The notes: generated by a model not told the origin, from the letters alone. Numbered from the stretch's first letter, positions 42,351-58,072 are shown. The stretch: DNA of 64,000 nucleotides from an uncultured Methanoregulaceae archaeon (GCA_963730355.1 CAVSRL010000007.1:23517-87516), one strand, 5' to 3'. Translations and numbers: made by a program.

Positions 42351-42779
42351 ATGTTCCGAAAGGTACTGGTAGCGATCGACGGTTCCAGCCAGAGTTTGCA
42401 GGCTCTGACGACGGCGATCGACGAGGCGAAGGTGTGGAGCGCCGAGGTGCATGCTGCCTACGTGATCGAGATCGGCCTCTTCTCCTCGCTCCCCGTCGAC
42501 AATACCTGGGAGGTCATGTACAGCCTCCTCGACAAGGAGGGCAAGGAGATCCTGGACGGTGCAGTCGCAGCGGGAGCCGAAGCCGGCGTTCCGTTCACGA
42601 CCCACCTCCGGCAGGGCCACGCGGGCCAGGAGCTCCTGAACCTCGCGGAGGAGGTCGGCGCCGATCTCATCGTGGTCGGATCGCTCGGAAAGAGCGGGAT
42701 CGAGCGGCTCCTGCTGGGCTCGGTCAGCTCCTTCGTGGTGACGAACAGTCCCGTAACGACGATGGTGGTGAGAAAATAA
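42351..42779 (+). CDS. Universal stress protein
   Basis: MFRKVLVAIDGS...DLIVVGSLGKSGIERLLLGSVS. Intact. ctataaag TATA-like box about 20 nt upstream. Confidence 0.85.
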   Translation: MFRKVLVAIDGSSQSLQALTTAIDEAKVWSAEVHAAYVIEIGLFSSLPVDNTWEVMYSLLDKEGKEILDGAVAAGAEAGVPFTTHLRQGHAGQELLNLAEEVGADLIVVGSLGKSGIERLLLGSVSSFVVTNSPVTTMVVRK

Positions 42780-42790
42780 GCCCGCAGCTC

Positions 42791-43633
42791 GTGCGCGATT
42801 ACATGACCCAGGACGTGGTCTCGGTCGAGATCCCCGGCAACCGGGACGACGTCCTGAAGATCCTGAAGCGCACAGGGATCAGCGGCGTACCCGTGATCAA
42901 GGACGAGAAGATCGTCGGGATCATCACCAGGAAAGACCTGCTCCGCAAGCCGGACGAGACCCAGCTCGGCCTCCTCATGACGCCCGATCCGGTCACCATC
43001 GGCCCCGACGCGACGATCGCCGATGCGGCCCGTCTCATGATCCGGCACGGCATCCGCCGGTTGCCCGTGGTCGAGGACCGGCGTCTTGTCGGCCTTCTCT
43101 CGGTCTCCGACCTGATCCTCGCGATCGCGCAGATGAAGTGCGCGGTTCCGATCCGGGAGGTCTACACGAGCCAGACCTTCGCGATCTGGGAGGAGACGCC
43201 GCTCACGGTCGTCGGCAGGGTCATGGAGATCTCGGGGTTCGACGCCATACCGATCCTGGACTCGGACAATACGCTCCGCGGGATCATCTCGGAGCGCGAT
43301 CTGATCCGAAACTCGGTGATCGAGGACTCGGTCGGGGTCTCGGACTTCTCGAACGGGACCGATGACGATGAGTGGACGTGGGAGAGCATCCGCGACAACC
43401 ATACGCTCTCGTACTCGATCTCGAAGGTCCAGATCCCGAAGAAGCCGGTCAAGCACGCGATGGTCAAGAACGTGATCGCCGTGCCGCTGAATGCAGAGGT
43501 CAGCGAGTGCGCGCTCAAGATGAAGCGGGCGCGGGTCGACCAGCTGCCCGTGATCAACGGGGACAAACGCCTGGTTGCCATGCTCTTCGATCGGGACCTG
43601 ATCCGGGTTCTCTGCGCACCCACGCCCCCATAA
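42791..43633 (+). CDS. CBS-domain protein (four CBS repeats)
   Basis: Repeated ...MTxxVxxV...GISGVPV / HGIRRLPVV / FDAIPIL / RVDQLPVI modules. GTG 42791 or ATG 42803. Confidence 0.8.
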   Translation: MRDYMTQDVVSVEIPGNRDDVLKILKRTGISGVPVIKDEKIVGIITRKDLLRKPDETQLGLLMTPDPVTIGPDATIADAARLMIRHGIRRLPVVEDRRLVGLLSVSDLILAIAQMKCAVPIREVYTSQTFAIWEETPLTVVGRVMEISGFDAIPILDSDNTLRGIISERDLIRNSVIEDSVGVSDFSNGTDDDEWTWESIRDNHTLSYSISKVQIPKKPVKHAMVKNVIAVPLNAEVSECALKMKRARVDQLPVINGDKRLVAMLFDRDLIRVLCAPTPP

Positions 43634-43722
43634 CAACCTATAAGACGGATCGCGATGTTGTATATCCTGGACAGCACTTTTATAGTGATTCATCCTATTC
43701 ACAGACTTTTTGAGGTACTCTG

Positions 43723-44361
43723 ATGGCAGAGCCGGAGATAATGATGGGGACCACGACGATCGGTATCGTCTTCAAGGACGGCGTGGTCCTGGCAACCGAG
43801 AAGCGCGCGACCATGGGCTACATGATCGCGTCGAAGCGTGCGAAGAAGGTCTACCAGATCGCGGACCGAATCGGGATGACAACGGCCGGCGGCGTCGGCG
43901 ACGCACAGCAGCTGGCCCGGATCATGACCGTCGAGTGCCGGCTCTTCCAGATGCGGCGGGCCAAGCCGATCACGGTCGGCGCGGCATCGACCCTCCTCTC
44001 GAACTACCTGAACCAGAACCGGTACTACCCGTACTACGTCCAGCTCCTGGTCGGAGGCGTCGACCGGACGGGGCCGTCGGTCTATTCGGTCGACGCGATG
44101 GGCGGGGCCACCCGCGAGGACGACATCGTCGCCACCGGTTCGGGCTCGCCGATGGCCTACGGCGTGCTCGAGGACCGGTTCAAACGCGACATGAACGAGC
44201 AGGAGGCGATCGAACTCGCCGTGCGTGCACTCCGCTCGGCCATGAAGCGGGACTCCGGCTCGGGCGAGGGCGTGCACGTGGTCGTGATCACGGCCGACCG
44301 CTACGAGGAACTCTCCGAGGAACGCGCCGATCAGATCATCGCCGCCGCCAAGGCGGCATGA
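43723..44361 (+). CDS. psmB: Proteasome subunit beta
   Basis: Intact 212 aa. Propeptide followed by the catalytic TTTIG. Confidence 0.9.
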   Translation: MAEPEIMMGTTTIGIVFKDGVVLATEKRATMGYMIASKRAKKVYQIADRIGMTTAGGVGDAQQLARIMTVECRLFQMRRAKPITVGAASTLLSNYLNQNRYYPYYVQLLVGGVDRTGPSVYSVDAMGGATREDDIVATGSGSPMAYGVLEDRFKRDMNEQEAIELAVRALRSAMKRDSGSGEGVHVVVITADRYEELSEERADQIIAAAKAA

Positions 44362-44367
44362 CGACTC

Positions 44368-44373
44368 TTTTTT
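44368..44373 (+). terminator. T6 tract after psmB
   Basis: tttttt lies 7 nt after the stop. Confidence 0.4.
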
Positions 44374-44384
44374 AGGACGACTAT

Positions 44385-46275
44385 ATGGGAATTGAAGAAC
44401 GGCTCAGAGATCTCAAAGATAAGATCAATAGCAAAGTGCCCCAGGGCATCTCCGTCTCGGAGGTCGAGTTCGAGGGGCCGGAACTCGTCATCTACACCGA
44501 CGACCCGAAGCGGTTCGCAGACGAGCCGGACCTGATCAAGACGCTGGCCCGGGACCTCCGGAAGCGGATCGTGGTCCGACCGACCGTGCTCGAGGACCCC
44601 GAACGCGCCGCGACCGAGATCCGGACCGTGGTCTCCGAGAATGCCGGGATCACGGATCTCTTCTTCGATCCCGACACGGGCGAGGTCCTGATCGAGGCCG
44701 AGAAGCCCGGCGTCGTGATCGGTAAGAACGGGGCGACGCTCCGCGAGATCACGAAGCAGATCGGCTGGACGCCGAAGGTCGTGCGCACGCCGCCGATCGA
44801 GAGCCAGACGATCAAGCAGGTCAGGCAGTATCTGCGCTCGGTCAACGACGAGCGCAAGGACTTCCTTCGCACGATCGGCCGGCGGATCCACCGCGAGGTG
44901 ACGAACAAGGACCAGTGGGTCCGCGTGACCACCCTCGGGTGCTGCCGCGAGGTCGGGCGCGCCGCGTTCCTGCTCTCGACGCCCGAATCGAAGGTCCTGA
45001 TCGACTGCGGCGAGAAGCCGGACAACACGAACGGGACGCCGTACCTCTACGTCCCCGAGATCCAGCCGCTCTCCCAGCTCGACGCGGTGGTGCTGACTCA
45101 CGCGCACCTCGACCACTGCGCCCTCGTGCCGCTCCTCTACAAGTACGGATACGAGGGCCCGGTCTACAGCACGCCCGCCACGCGCGACCTGGCGTCGCTG
45201 CTCCAGCTCGACTACCTCGACGTGATCCGGAAGGAGGATCGCAAGATCCCGTACACGCTCGAACGACGTCAGAGACTACCTCAAGCACTCGATCGTGCTG
45301 AACTACGGGTCGGTCACGGACATCGCGCCGGACATCAAGCTGACCTTCCACAACGCGGGCCACATCCTCGGGTCGGCCATCGCCCACTTCCACCTCGGCG
45401 ACGGGCTCTACAACATCGCGTTCACGGGCGACTTCAACTACGGGAAGAGCCGGCTCTTCAACCCGGCCGTCGCGCAGTTCCCGAGGCTCGAGGCGCTCGT
45501 GATGGAGTCGACCTACGGCGGATCGAACGACTTCCAGCCGGCACGGCACGACGCCGAGGAGAAGCTCTACGCGACGATCCAGACCGTGGTCGACCGTGGC
45601 GGCAAGGTGATCATCCCGGCCTTCGCGGTCGGCCGGTCGCAGGAGGTCATGCTCGCGCTCGAGGAGGGGATGCGGTTCGGCAAGATCCCGAAGGTCAAGG
45701 TCTACCTCGACGGCATGATCAAGGAGGCGACCGCGATCCACACGGCCTACCCCGAGTACCTGAACAGCGATCTGCGCAACCAGATCTTCAAGGAGGGGCT
45801 CAACCCGTTCCTGGCCGAGTGCTTCTGCCAGGTCGATTCGCAGGAGATGCGGAACGAGGTGATGGCCGGCGATCCCTGCGTCATCATCACGACGAGCGGG
45901 ATGCTGAACGGCGGCCCGGTCTTCGACTACCTGAACAACCTGGCCGCGGACGAGCGGAACGCGCTCGTCTTCGTCGGCTACCAGGCGGACGGGACGCTCG
46001 GGCGGCGGATCCAGAAAGGGTGGCGCGAGGTTCCGCTCGGACGGCGGGAATCGATCGTGATCAACCTCGAGGTGATCACCGTCGACGGGTTCTCGGGCCA
46101 TTCGGACAGGCGGCAGCTGATGAACTACGTCGGCCACGTCACCCCGCATCCCGAGAAGATCTTCACGATCCACGGGGATGAGAAGGCGACCCTCGACCTC
46201 GCCTCGTCGATCTACAAGCGCTACCGGATCGAGACCCATGCGCCGATGAACCTCGAGACCTATCGGATGGTCTGA
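44385..46275 (+). CDS. aCPSF1: KH-domain beta-CASP ribonuclease
   Basis: N-terminal KH domains, MBL motif [10 protein letters not shown] and beta-CASP C-terminal half. One frame break near 45261. Confidence 0.9.
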
Positions 46276-46288
46276 ACCTCTCCTTTTC

Positions 46289-47384
46289 ATGAACGCGAGG
46301 CTCGCGTGCTGCGCCGCGGTCTTCGTGCTCATGGCGCTCTCGAACGCGGTCGTGCCGGTGCTCGATACCTTCGCCGAGGGTGCGACCCTCCAGGGGCTCA
46401 TCTTCTCGGGCTACTTCTTCGGGGCGATGCTGACCGTGCTGCCGGCGGGCCTCGCCTCCGAGCGGTACGGACGACTCCGGTTGATGCGTCTCGGCATCGC
46501 CGGCACCTGTGCGGCCGGGCTCGCCATTGCCCTGCTCCCTTCCGCCCCCGTTGTCGCGGTGGCGCGCGTTGCCGAGGGGGTGGCAACAGGGCTCTTCGTC
46601 TCGGCGTCGCTCGCGTTCGTCAACAGCCAGCAGGACGACGGGCGGCTCTCGGGGCTGTACATGGCGTCCCTGAACGCCGGATTGCTGGTCGGCCTGATCG
46701 CGACCGGAGCCCTGGTGCAGGTCTCGGGCGTGCAGACAGCGGGGGTGATCGTCTTCACCGTCCTGGCCGTCGCATCGTTCGCGCTGGTCCGAGGGAAGGA
46801 CGCGGATACCGGCGCGAGGACGATCGACCCGGTGCCGCGCCTGGTACCCGTTCTCCGCCGGTACCGCTGGCTCTTCTATGCGACGGTCGTCATCTTCGGG
46901 GCGGGGGGAGCGGTTACCGGGCTGTACCCGGGATTTTCGCTGGCCGACCCGGGGCTTCTGGGGGTGCAGATAGCGCTCCAGAATATTGCGACGATCGTCG
47001 CGATCCTGATCGTCTCGCGCCTGCCTGCCGATCCGATTCGGACGATCCGGGCGAGCGCGCTGGCGATGGCGGCTGCGGTCGCGGATCTCGTTCTTCTCCC
47101 CTCTCGGCTTTGTCGCGATAGGGGCCGCGGCGGGCGCGGTCCAGATCAGCCAGCTCGCATTTCTGGCCCGGACCGGCGAACCGCAGGGGGTCGTGGTCGG
47201 GGTCTTCACCACGGCCTCGTACGCGGGGATGGCCGTGCTGCCGGTCGTTGCCGCCGCCGTGGTGCGATCGTTCGGGTACGCGGCAGCCTTCGGGCTGGTG
47301 ATCCTCGTCTCGATCAGCGTCGCCATGACAATAGGGCGGTGCACCCGTTGTGAGATCCGACAAGGGGCGCCACAGATGACCTGA
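46289..47384 (+). CDS. MFS transporter
   Basis: About 12 hydrophobic helices and an MFS-like loop (LASERYGRLRLMRLG). One frame break near 47085. Confidence 0.7.
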
Positions 47385-48100
47385 TCCCATCCGTCTTCCG
47401 GCACCGGGACCAGGAGTCGAGACTCTTCAACGCACAGCCGATCTCAACGACGATCGGTTCAGGGAGAACCGAGGGGCGCCACCTCCAGAAGGGGGAGTCT
47501 TTCCCCATGACCCCGCCGAAGGTGCTCATGGTGCGACGATTGGCCTCACGACGAGATGCGATCGCCAGGGTATCGAGATGAGCAGGGGACGACGCGTCCA
47601 TTCCCGATCTCCGGGCGGGCATCTGCCTCGACCATCAGCGCGGACCAGGCCCTTCCCGATCGATGTACTCGATCTCTTTCCCCATACTTCCGGGCGAGGT
47701 TTCTCGCATCGCCTGTCCAGGAGAGGCGGCCTCTGCACCGTCGGCGTGATGGATCTCCGATCGTACCGCAGAGAGGATGGCGGAAGGTACCAGTGAGTCG
47801 TGGATTGGATCGACCACTGTGCCGGCGAAAGGAACCTCCCATTCCACCGGGACGGGAAACAATGGGTCTCGCTTCTATCCTCGCCTGCCACCGCGGAGTA
47901 TCCGTGCATTCGTGAGCCGAATGCGGCACCGGATCGCTGGATAGCAGAACGTGATGTATACATGATTGTGCGGGTACTTCAGCGACCGCTATAATGGGTG
48001 TTGATGAGATCAGAGGAGGAGCACAGGGAGGTCTTGGAATCGGCTCTGGTTCGCTTCAGAGACTTGCGCAATCGGCGCAAGACAGGGAGAGAAATGTATA

Positions 48101-48118
48101 TCGTCGAGAGTTCGACGA
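48101..48118 (-). terminator. Hairpin plus T-rich tail downstream of 5S
   Basis: tcgtcga-gagt-tcgacga is a perfect 7-bp stem. On the transcribed strand it is followed by tatacatttctct. Confidence 0.3.
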
Positions 48119-48231
48119 ATCGGATCTCCGGCACGGGCATCGAACCCGAGGTTGTCCATGAACAACCGGATTGTTATGGCTTACGCTGGATGTGAATATC
48201 CGCTAGAACAGTCTGTGTGATAATGAAGTAG

Positions 48232-48357
48232 GATAATAGCAGCGCACCATAGTTCCCGAGGACTCGCGTACCTCAGTACAGTATGATACGTTATCCGGCT
48301 TAACTTCTGGGTTCGGAATGAGTCCAGGTGTTTCCCGAATGCTATGGCCGCTATTAC
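48232..48357 (-). rRNA. 5S rRNA
   Basis: The reverse complement reads ...AGCGGCCATAGC...TCCGAACCCAGAAGTTAAGCC...GTACTGAGGTACGCGAGTCCTCGGGAA..., with a pairing terminal helix. Ends are +/-3 nt. Confidence 0.85.
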
Positions 48358-48360
48358 CCA

Positions 48361-48432
48361 AGCCAAGGTCCGGACTTGAACCGGAGTGTAGTAGATCTGC
48401 AGTCTACCGCGTAGCCGCTCCGCCACCTTGGC
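48361..48432 (-). tRNA. tRNA-Cys (anticodon GCA)
   Basis: Acceptor GCCAAGG/CCTTGGC, anticodon arm GTAGA-CTGCAGA-TCTAC, T arm TCCGG-TTCAAGT-CCGGA. Confidence 0.9.
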
Positions 48433-48477
48433 ATGGCCGTGTGCCGACATACGTCTCCGTATGACGGCTTAAAGGTT

Positions 48478-48517
48478 AGCACTCTGGATTTCGTCTGGGT
48501 TCAACAATGATAAGCAC
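48478..48517 (-). other. 23S processing-helix arm (3' flank)
   Basis: agcactctgga and tgggttcaacaa are complementary to tccagagtgct and ttgttgaaccca at 51430-51459. Confidence 0.6.
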
Positions 48518-51423
<2,906 letters not shown>

Positions 51424-51459
51424 TGCTATTTGTTGAACCCATTTAACGTCCAGAGTGCT
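51424..51459 (-). other. 23S processing-helix arm (5' flank)
   Basis: Complementary to 48478-48517 (see that entry). Confidence 0.6.
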
Positions 51460-51577
51460 AACCCTGTACACGGCGTCGTCAGGTCGTTGACCTTCCGCCC
51501 TTCCCTGGGGATTCGCATTCCCAGGTGCATTGAGCGCACCATATGGTGCGCCCCACAGGAGTTGACTCCTGCGGGAG

Positions 51578-51650
51578 TGGACTCAATGGGAGTTGAACCC
51601 ATGGCCTCCGCCTCGCAAAGGCGGCGCTCTTCCAACTGAGCTATGAGCCC
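51578..51650 (-). tRNA. tRNA-Ala (anticodon UGC)
   Basis: GGGCTCATAGCTCAGTTGGAAGAGCGCCGCCTTTGCGAGGCGGAGGCCATGGGTTCAACTCCCATTGAGTCCA, in the 16S-23S spacer. Confidence 0.95.
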
Positions 51651-51658
51651 TCTGCCTT

Positions 51659-51697
51659 ATTGGTACTGGCAACTTTACGGTCTGCAGAGCAACTGCC
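51659..51697 (-). other. 16S processing-helix arm (3' flank)
   Basis: attggtactggcaa and tctgcagagcaactgcc pair with 53229-53242 and 53204-53220 (one mismatch). Confidence 0.65.
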
Positions 51698-51709
51698 TTG
51701 TCCATCGTT

Positions 51710-53176
<1,467 letters not shown>

Positions 53177-53203
53177 CACATTAGCACAATCTTATAAGGA
53201 GTT

Positions 53204-53242
53204 GGCAGTTGCTTTGCAGATTTCCGCATTGCCAGTACCAAT
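53204..53242 (-). other. 16S processing-helix arm (5' flank)
   Basis: Complementary to 51659-51697. Confidence 0.65.
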
Positions 53243-53290
53243 GTCAGAACCAACACCGGTCGCGCCGGGCACGTTGATTCTCCATCACAG

Positions 53291-53711
53291 AGGGTTACTA
53301 TATACGCATCGATGCGTATTAAAGGTTTTCATCATGCCCGCCGCCAGATGTCTGGCGAAGGTGCGCACAATGTTCGCATTGCACGGCAATGCGAGGTCAT
53401 TATATTGCACCTCTGGGCACTTAAACCCTTCTGTCGTGCACATCCTTACGAATGCGCACCCATCGGATAGGTGGCCAATCACCACCGTCGCGCCAGGGCG
53501 CGAGGTAATAATGAATGGCGTCAATCCATATAAGCGTTCCCACAACATCATTCACGATTCACATCCCATTTCGGATGCGACCATGAGGAGACGGGGGAAA
53601 CCTGTGTCACGGCGGTCGGATTCGACATCCGCCCATCCGATCGCCTTTCGACAATCGCTCGCATCGGGTGCGAGGTAACTATGTTGGAGACGTCACCATA
53701 TAAGATCTTCC
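53291..53711 (-). promoter_or_regulatory. Array of up to four TATA-box promoter candidates upstream of 16S
   Basis: Minus-strand TATA-like boxes at about 53297-53306, 53398-53407, 53526-53534 and 53697-53705. The two distal ones lie in a ~42-nt repeat (gcgaggtaa..atg..tgg.g.cgtca..ccatataag..ttcc at 53500-53540 and 53670-53711). Confidence 0.5.
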
Positions 53712-53873
53712 TCGAAGACGTCAATCCTGACAATTTCTCGCGTCCACATTCGCCGGATTGCGCACAAAGGAACCTGCCGAAGTCCCGTCACCACCACTGC
53801 GCGCATCGATTGCAATGGGGCGATTGCCACCCATATGCCGCCCGCACCTTCGCCTCTCCATCCCGGGGGCGCC

Positions 53874-54620
53874 TCACGACTCTCCTTCCGTCAGCGGTGC
53901 CCTGCCACCCGTCCCTTCCACCCGCGAACTCTGTCCAAGGGCCGGGAGAATGTCGATCTCGCCGAAGAACTCCTCCTGGACCAGGTCCACGGTTCCGTCG
54001 AGCATCAGGAAGAGCAGGGGTATGTACAGATCGATCACGCGCCATCCGCTCACCTGCACGAGCGACGAGATGGTCATCCCTCGCCCTTCCGCGAACCCGG
54101 CCAGGCACCACGCCAGCACCCGATGGGCCGCGTCGCGATACCCTTCCTCGTGAGCGATCCCGATCACCTCGTGCGGATCGATCTCCAGCGGCGGCGCCCG
54201 GACGCACCGGCGACGGCGCTGCTCGTCGCGTTCCATGAACCGGAGCACCGTGATCAGGTCGAAGAGCGTCTCGGGTCGCTTGCGGAGCCGTTTTCGCTCG
54301 AGCCGTCGGTGGATCTCGGCCTCGAGCCGTGCCATCGGCTCTCCCCCCAGCGGCTCCTCGAGCGTGTCCCAATCGACGATCTCGTCCTCCTCAAAGGCGT
54401 CGTCCTCCCCCTCGGGCGGGTCGAGCAGGTACTCGGACTTCATCCGGAGCAGGAGGGCAGCGTAAAAGAGAGTGCGGCCCGAGATCCGGAGGTCGAGGGT
54501 CTTCTGGTGCTCGAGCTCGGAGAGAAACCGGTCGGTCACCTCGACGATGTCGATCCGCCAGGGATCGATCTCGCCCCGTTCGGCCATGCCGACCAGGATG
54601 GCAACCGGCTCTTCAATCAC
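53874..54620 (-). CDS. scpA: Segregation and condensation protein A (kleisin)
   Basis: Intact 248 aa. GEIDPWRIDIVEVTDRFL...LFYAALLLRMKSE. The start overlaps the smc stop. Confidence 0.85.
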   Translation of the reverse strand: MIEEPVAILVGMAERGEIDPWRIDIVEVTDRFLSELEHQKTLDLRISGRTLFYAALLLRMKSEYLLDPPEGEDDAFEEDEIVDWDTLEEPLGGEPMARLEAEIHRRLERKRLRKRPETLFDLITVLRFMERDEQRRRRCVRAPPLEIDPHEVIGIAHEEGYRDAAHRVLAWCLAGFAEGRGMTISSLVQVSGWRVIDLYIPLLFLMLDGTVDLVQEEFFGEIDILPALGQSSRVEGTGGRAPLTEGES

Positions 54621-57600
54621 CGGTACGCACGCCCGTGACCAGTGTGGATTTGTCGGGCCGGACGGTCACACCGACGATCCGGTCCGCGCTGTCGATCATC
54701 GGCTTCCTCAGCGAGACGATGATGAACTGGGATTCGGACGCGATCGTCCGGATCATCGAGGCGATCCGCTCGACGTTCGATCCGTCGAGCGACATGTCCA
54801 CCTCGTCGAACGCGTAGAAGGGCGCCGGCAGGTACTGCTGGATCGAGAAGATGAACGCGAGGGTCGTGAGCGACTTCTCGCCTCCCGAGAGGGACGAGAG
54901 GAGATGGACCGCCTTGTCGCGCGGTTGCACCGCGAAGGTCAGGCCACCGTCGAAGGGATCCTCCTCGCACTCGAGCACGAGCCGGCCGTTGCCGCTTGTG
55001 AGCGTGGCGAAGATCCGCGAGAAGTTCTCGTTGATCGCGGCAAACGCGGTGCGGAAGGCCTCGAGCTTCTGCGTCTCGAAGTGAGCGATCCGCTCGAGGA
55101 GGGTCTCACGCTCGCGCGCGAGCACGCCGACCATCTCCGTCCGCTCCGTGACCCGCGCCCCGACCCGGTCGAACTCCTCGACCGCGAGCATGTTGACCGC
55201 GCCGAGGCGCCGGAGGGCGAACTCGGTCGCCGCGATCCCCTCGTTGATCTCGGCGAGCGTCAAGGTCGTGGTCCGATCGCCCGCCCGCTCCCGGAGCGCC
55301 GCGCACTCCTCATCCAGGGTCTTGCCGCGCTCGACGCAGACATCGATCTGGAACCGGACCCGCTCCAGTCGGGCCTCGAGCTCGAGCAGAGCCCGTTCCA
55401 GGTCGAGAATGGCCGTCTGCAGCTCGGCCCGCCGGCGCCGCAGGTCCTCGAGCTCGGCCGAGAAGGTCTGCTGGCGCGCCTCAAGTCCACGTATCTCCTC
55501 CTCGCCCGTCGCTATCTGTGCCTCGAACCGGCCCGTCTCCACGTCGAGCTGCCGGTTCTTCGCCTCGAGCCGTTCCCGCTCCGCCGCGAGCTCCTCGATC
55601 CGACGGGTAAAGTAGACCCGCTCGCGCTGGGTGTCCGCGATGTCCGACTCCTTGTTCCGGAGCCGCCGCTCGACCTCGTCGAGCCTCGGATCGAGCCCGT
55701 TCACGCTGGTCGGTGAGGGCCGGGATCTCGGTCTCCTCGAGTTCCTTCCTGAGCGAGGCCACGCGGCGATTGGCCTGCCCGATCTCGGTCCTGGAGCGCG
55801 CCAAGCGCCTGCTCGATCTCGGCGCGCTCGCCGACGGACGCGGCGCCCTCCTCTCCGAGCTCCCCCTCGGTCCGTACAAGCTCCGCCTCTTCGACCGCCA
55901 TCGCCTGAATGCGCCGTTCGTACTCCTCGACCAGGACCCCGCAGCGGGCCGCCTCCTGGTCGGCCCGCGCCCGCGCCGCCCGCAGCGACTCCGACTCCGC
56001 CGTGAGGCGGCGAATCGACTCGTCGAGCCCCGACGCCTCCGCCTCCTGGCCCGCGATCGCCGCGAGGAGACGCCGGACCTCGTCCTCGACCGATGCGGCG
56101 AACCCGCGAGCGGACCGCTTCTGGAACCCGCCCGTCATGGCGCCGGTCTTCTCGAGCAGCTCCCCCTCGAGCGTGACCATCCGGTGACGTCCGAGCAGTC
56201 GGCGCGCCTGCGCGAGGGTCTTCAGCACCAGCGTTCCGCCGAAGACGAGGCCGAAGGCCAGTTCGTACTGCGGGTCGAACCGGACCAGGTCGACCGCGTA
56301 GTCGACGATCCCGTCCCCCGAGACGGGCGGGCGCGGAACCTCGCGGAGCCGGTTGAGCGGCAGGAACGTGAGGCGCCCCGAGCGGGTCTCCTTGAGGTAG
56401 GCGATCGCCTGGCTGGCGACCTCGTCGTTGTCGACCACGACGTTGTTGAGCCGCGAACCGGCCGCCGTGTTCAGGGCCTCCATGTACTCGGGCGGCACCC
56501 GCCCGAGGCTGGCGATGGTGCCGTGGACCCCGTCCATGCCGAGCACGGCCTCGAGGGCTCGGCCTCCGGCGTCACCGTGGACCTGCTGCTGGGCCTCGCA
56601 CCGCATCAGGGCCTGCTCGTTCGCGCGCTGGGCCTGTCGCAGCCGATCGAAGGTCGACCGCTGCTCGAGCAGCGTCCGCTCCGACTTCGAGAGCGCAGCC
56701 TCGACCCGTCTGCGCTCCTCCGCGTGCGCCGTCCCCGCCGTTCTCGTCTCCTCGAGCGCGGCCCGATCCGCGGCGACGGACGCCTCGATCTCGATCCGGC
56801 GCGCGGCGAGCCGTTCGCGTTCGCGCGTCCGCGCCCGGCTCTGCTCGATCAGCCGATCCTGCTGCCTCAGCAGCTCCGCGCGCCCCGCCGTCTGCTCCTC
56901 GAGCGATTCGAGCAGAGCGAAGAGTTCGGTCTGGGCCGAGGCCGTCCCCGCCTGGCCCTCGGCAAGACGCCCCTCGATTCCCCGGAGCCGGGCCTGCACG
57001 GCCGCCTGCTCCATCGCGAGGTTCGTCCGGTCGATCGAGAGGCTTCGCACGAGGGCCTGCGCGGCCGCCGTCTTCTCCTCCATGCGTCGGACATCGGCGA
57101 TAGGCCCGGTTGATCGCCTGAAGGTTCTCCTCCCTCTCGCGCCGATGGGCTGTCGATCGAGAGCCGGCTCGAGCGGATGGTGCCCTTCACCTCCTCGAGC
57201 TGGCTCAGGAGTTCGAGGTACTCGGCGCCGCTCCGGCGGTGGATCTCCTCGTCGAGGGCCGCGAGGTCGCCCTGGAGGTACGAGAGATTGTGCGCCTCGT
57301 GCGACCGGTCCTCCTCGAGCCGCGCCGCCTCGACCCGATGGCCGTCGGTGAGCGACGCGAGCGTCGCCCGTTCCTTCTCCTTCTCGGCGAGCTCGGCCGC
57401 CGCTCGCGAGTCCTCGTACTCCGCGAGCTGGCGTGTCAGCTGCTGGTGGACCAGCGCCTGCTCCCGCTCGACGGCCAGCTCCTCGAGCCGGCGCGAGGCC
57501 TCCTTGAGCAGGAGCTCCTCGCGCTCGACCCGGTCCTTGACCACCTCGAGCTCGGCGAGAGCCTGGGTGCGCCGGAGGTCGAACTCGGCCACGCCGGCGA

Positions 57601-58060
57601 TCTCGTCGATCACGCGCCGACGCTCGAGGTCGCTCATCTCGATGATTCGCGTGATGTCTCCCTGCATCACGACATTGTACCCGTGCGGCCGAACGCCGAG
57701 CTGCCCGCCCAGGAAGTCCGCGATCTCGCTCTGCTTCGAGAGCCGGTCGTTCATGTAGAAGTAGCTGTAGTAGCCGTTCTCGGTCCGCTTGATCCGCCGG
57801 CGGATCCGGGTGCCGTCCGAGAATCGCAGCGCGACCTCTGCCGTAGAGCGGTTGCTCGAGATGTTGATGAAATCGGTCAGCTTCTCGGCGCGGAGCGAGT
57901 GGGACGACGAGAGTCCGAGCACGAAGAGGATCGCGTCGATGATGTTCGACTTGCCCGAGCCGTTCGGGCCGGAGACGACGGTGAAACCCTGGGAAAAAGG
58001 AATCCGGGTCTTCCGGGCGAATGACTTGAAGTTGTCGATCTCCAGCTCGCTGATGAACAA
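54613..58060 (-). CDS. smc: Chromosome segregation ATPase SMC
   Basis: Walker A GPNGSGKSN, hinge (...GTIASLGRV...), signature LSGGEKSL and Walker B FYAFDEVD. Four frame breaks (near 57125, 57098, 55812, 55705). Confidence 0.9.
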
Positions 58061-58072
58061 GGACGCGGGCCC

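Noticed and set aside
48125-48172. Possible tRNA-Met gene.
   Set aside because: The anticodon loop has a non-standard length, the T stem has only 4 clean pairs, and no 5' acceptor/D-arm is present. It is kept only as a fragment observation.
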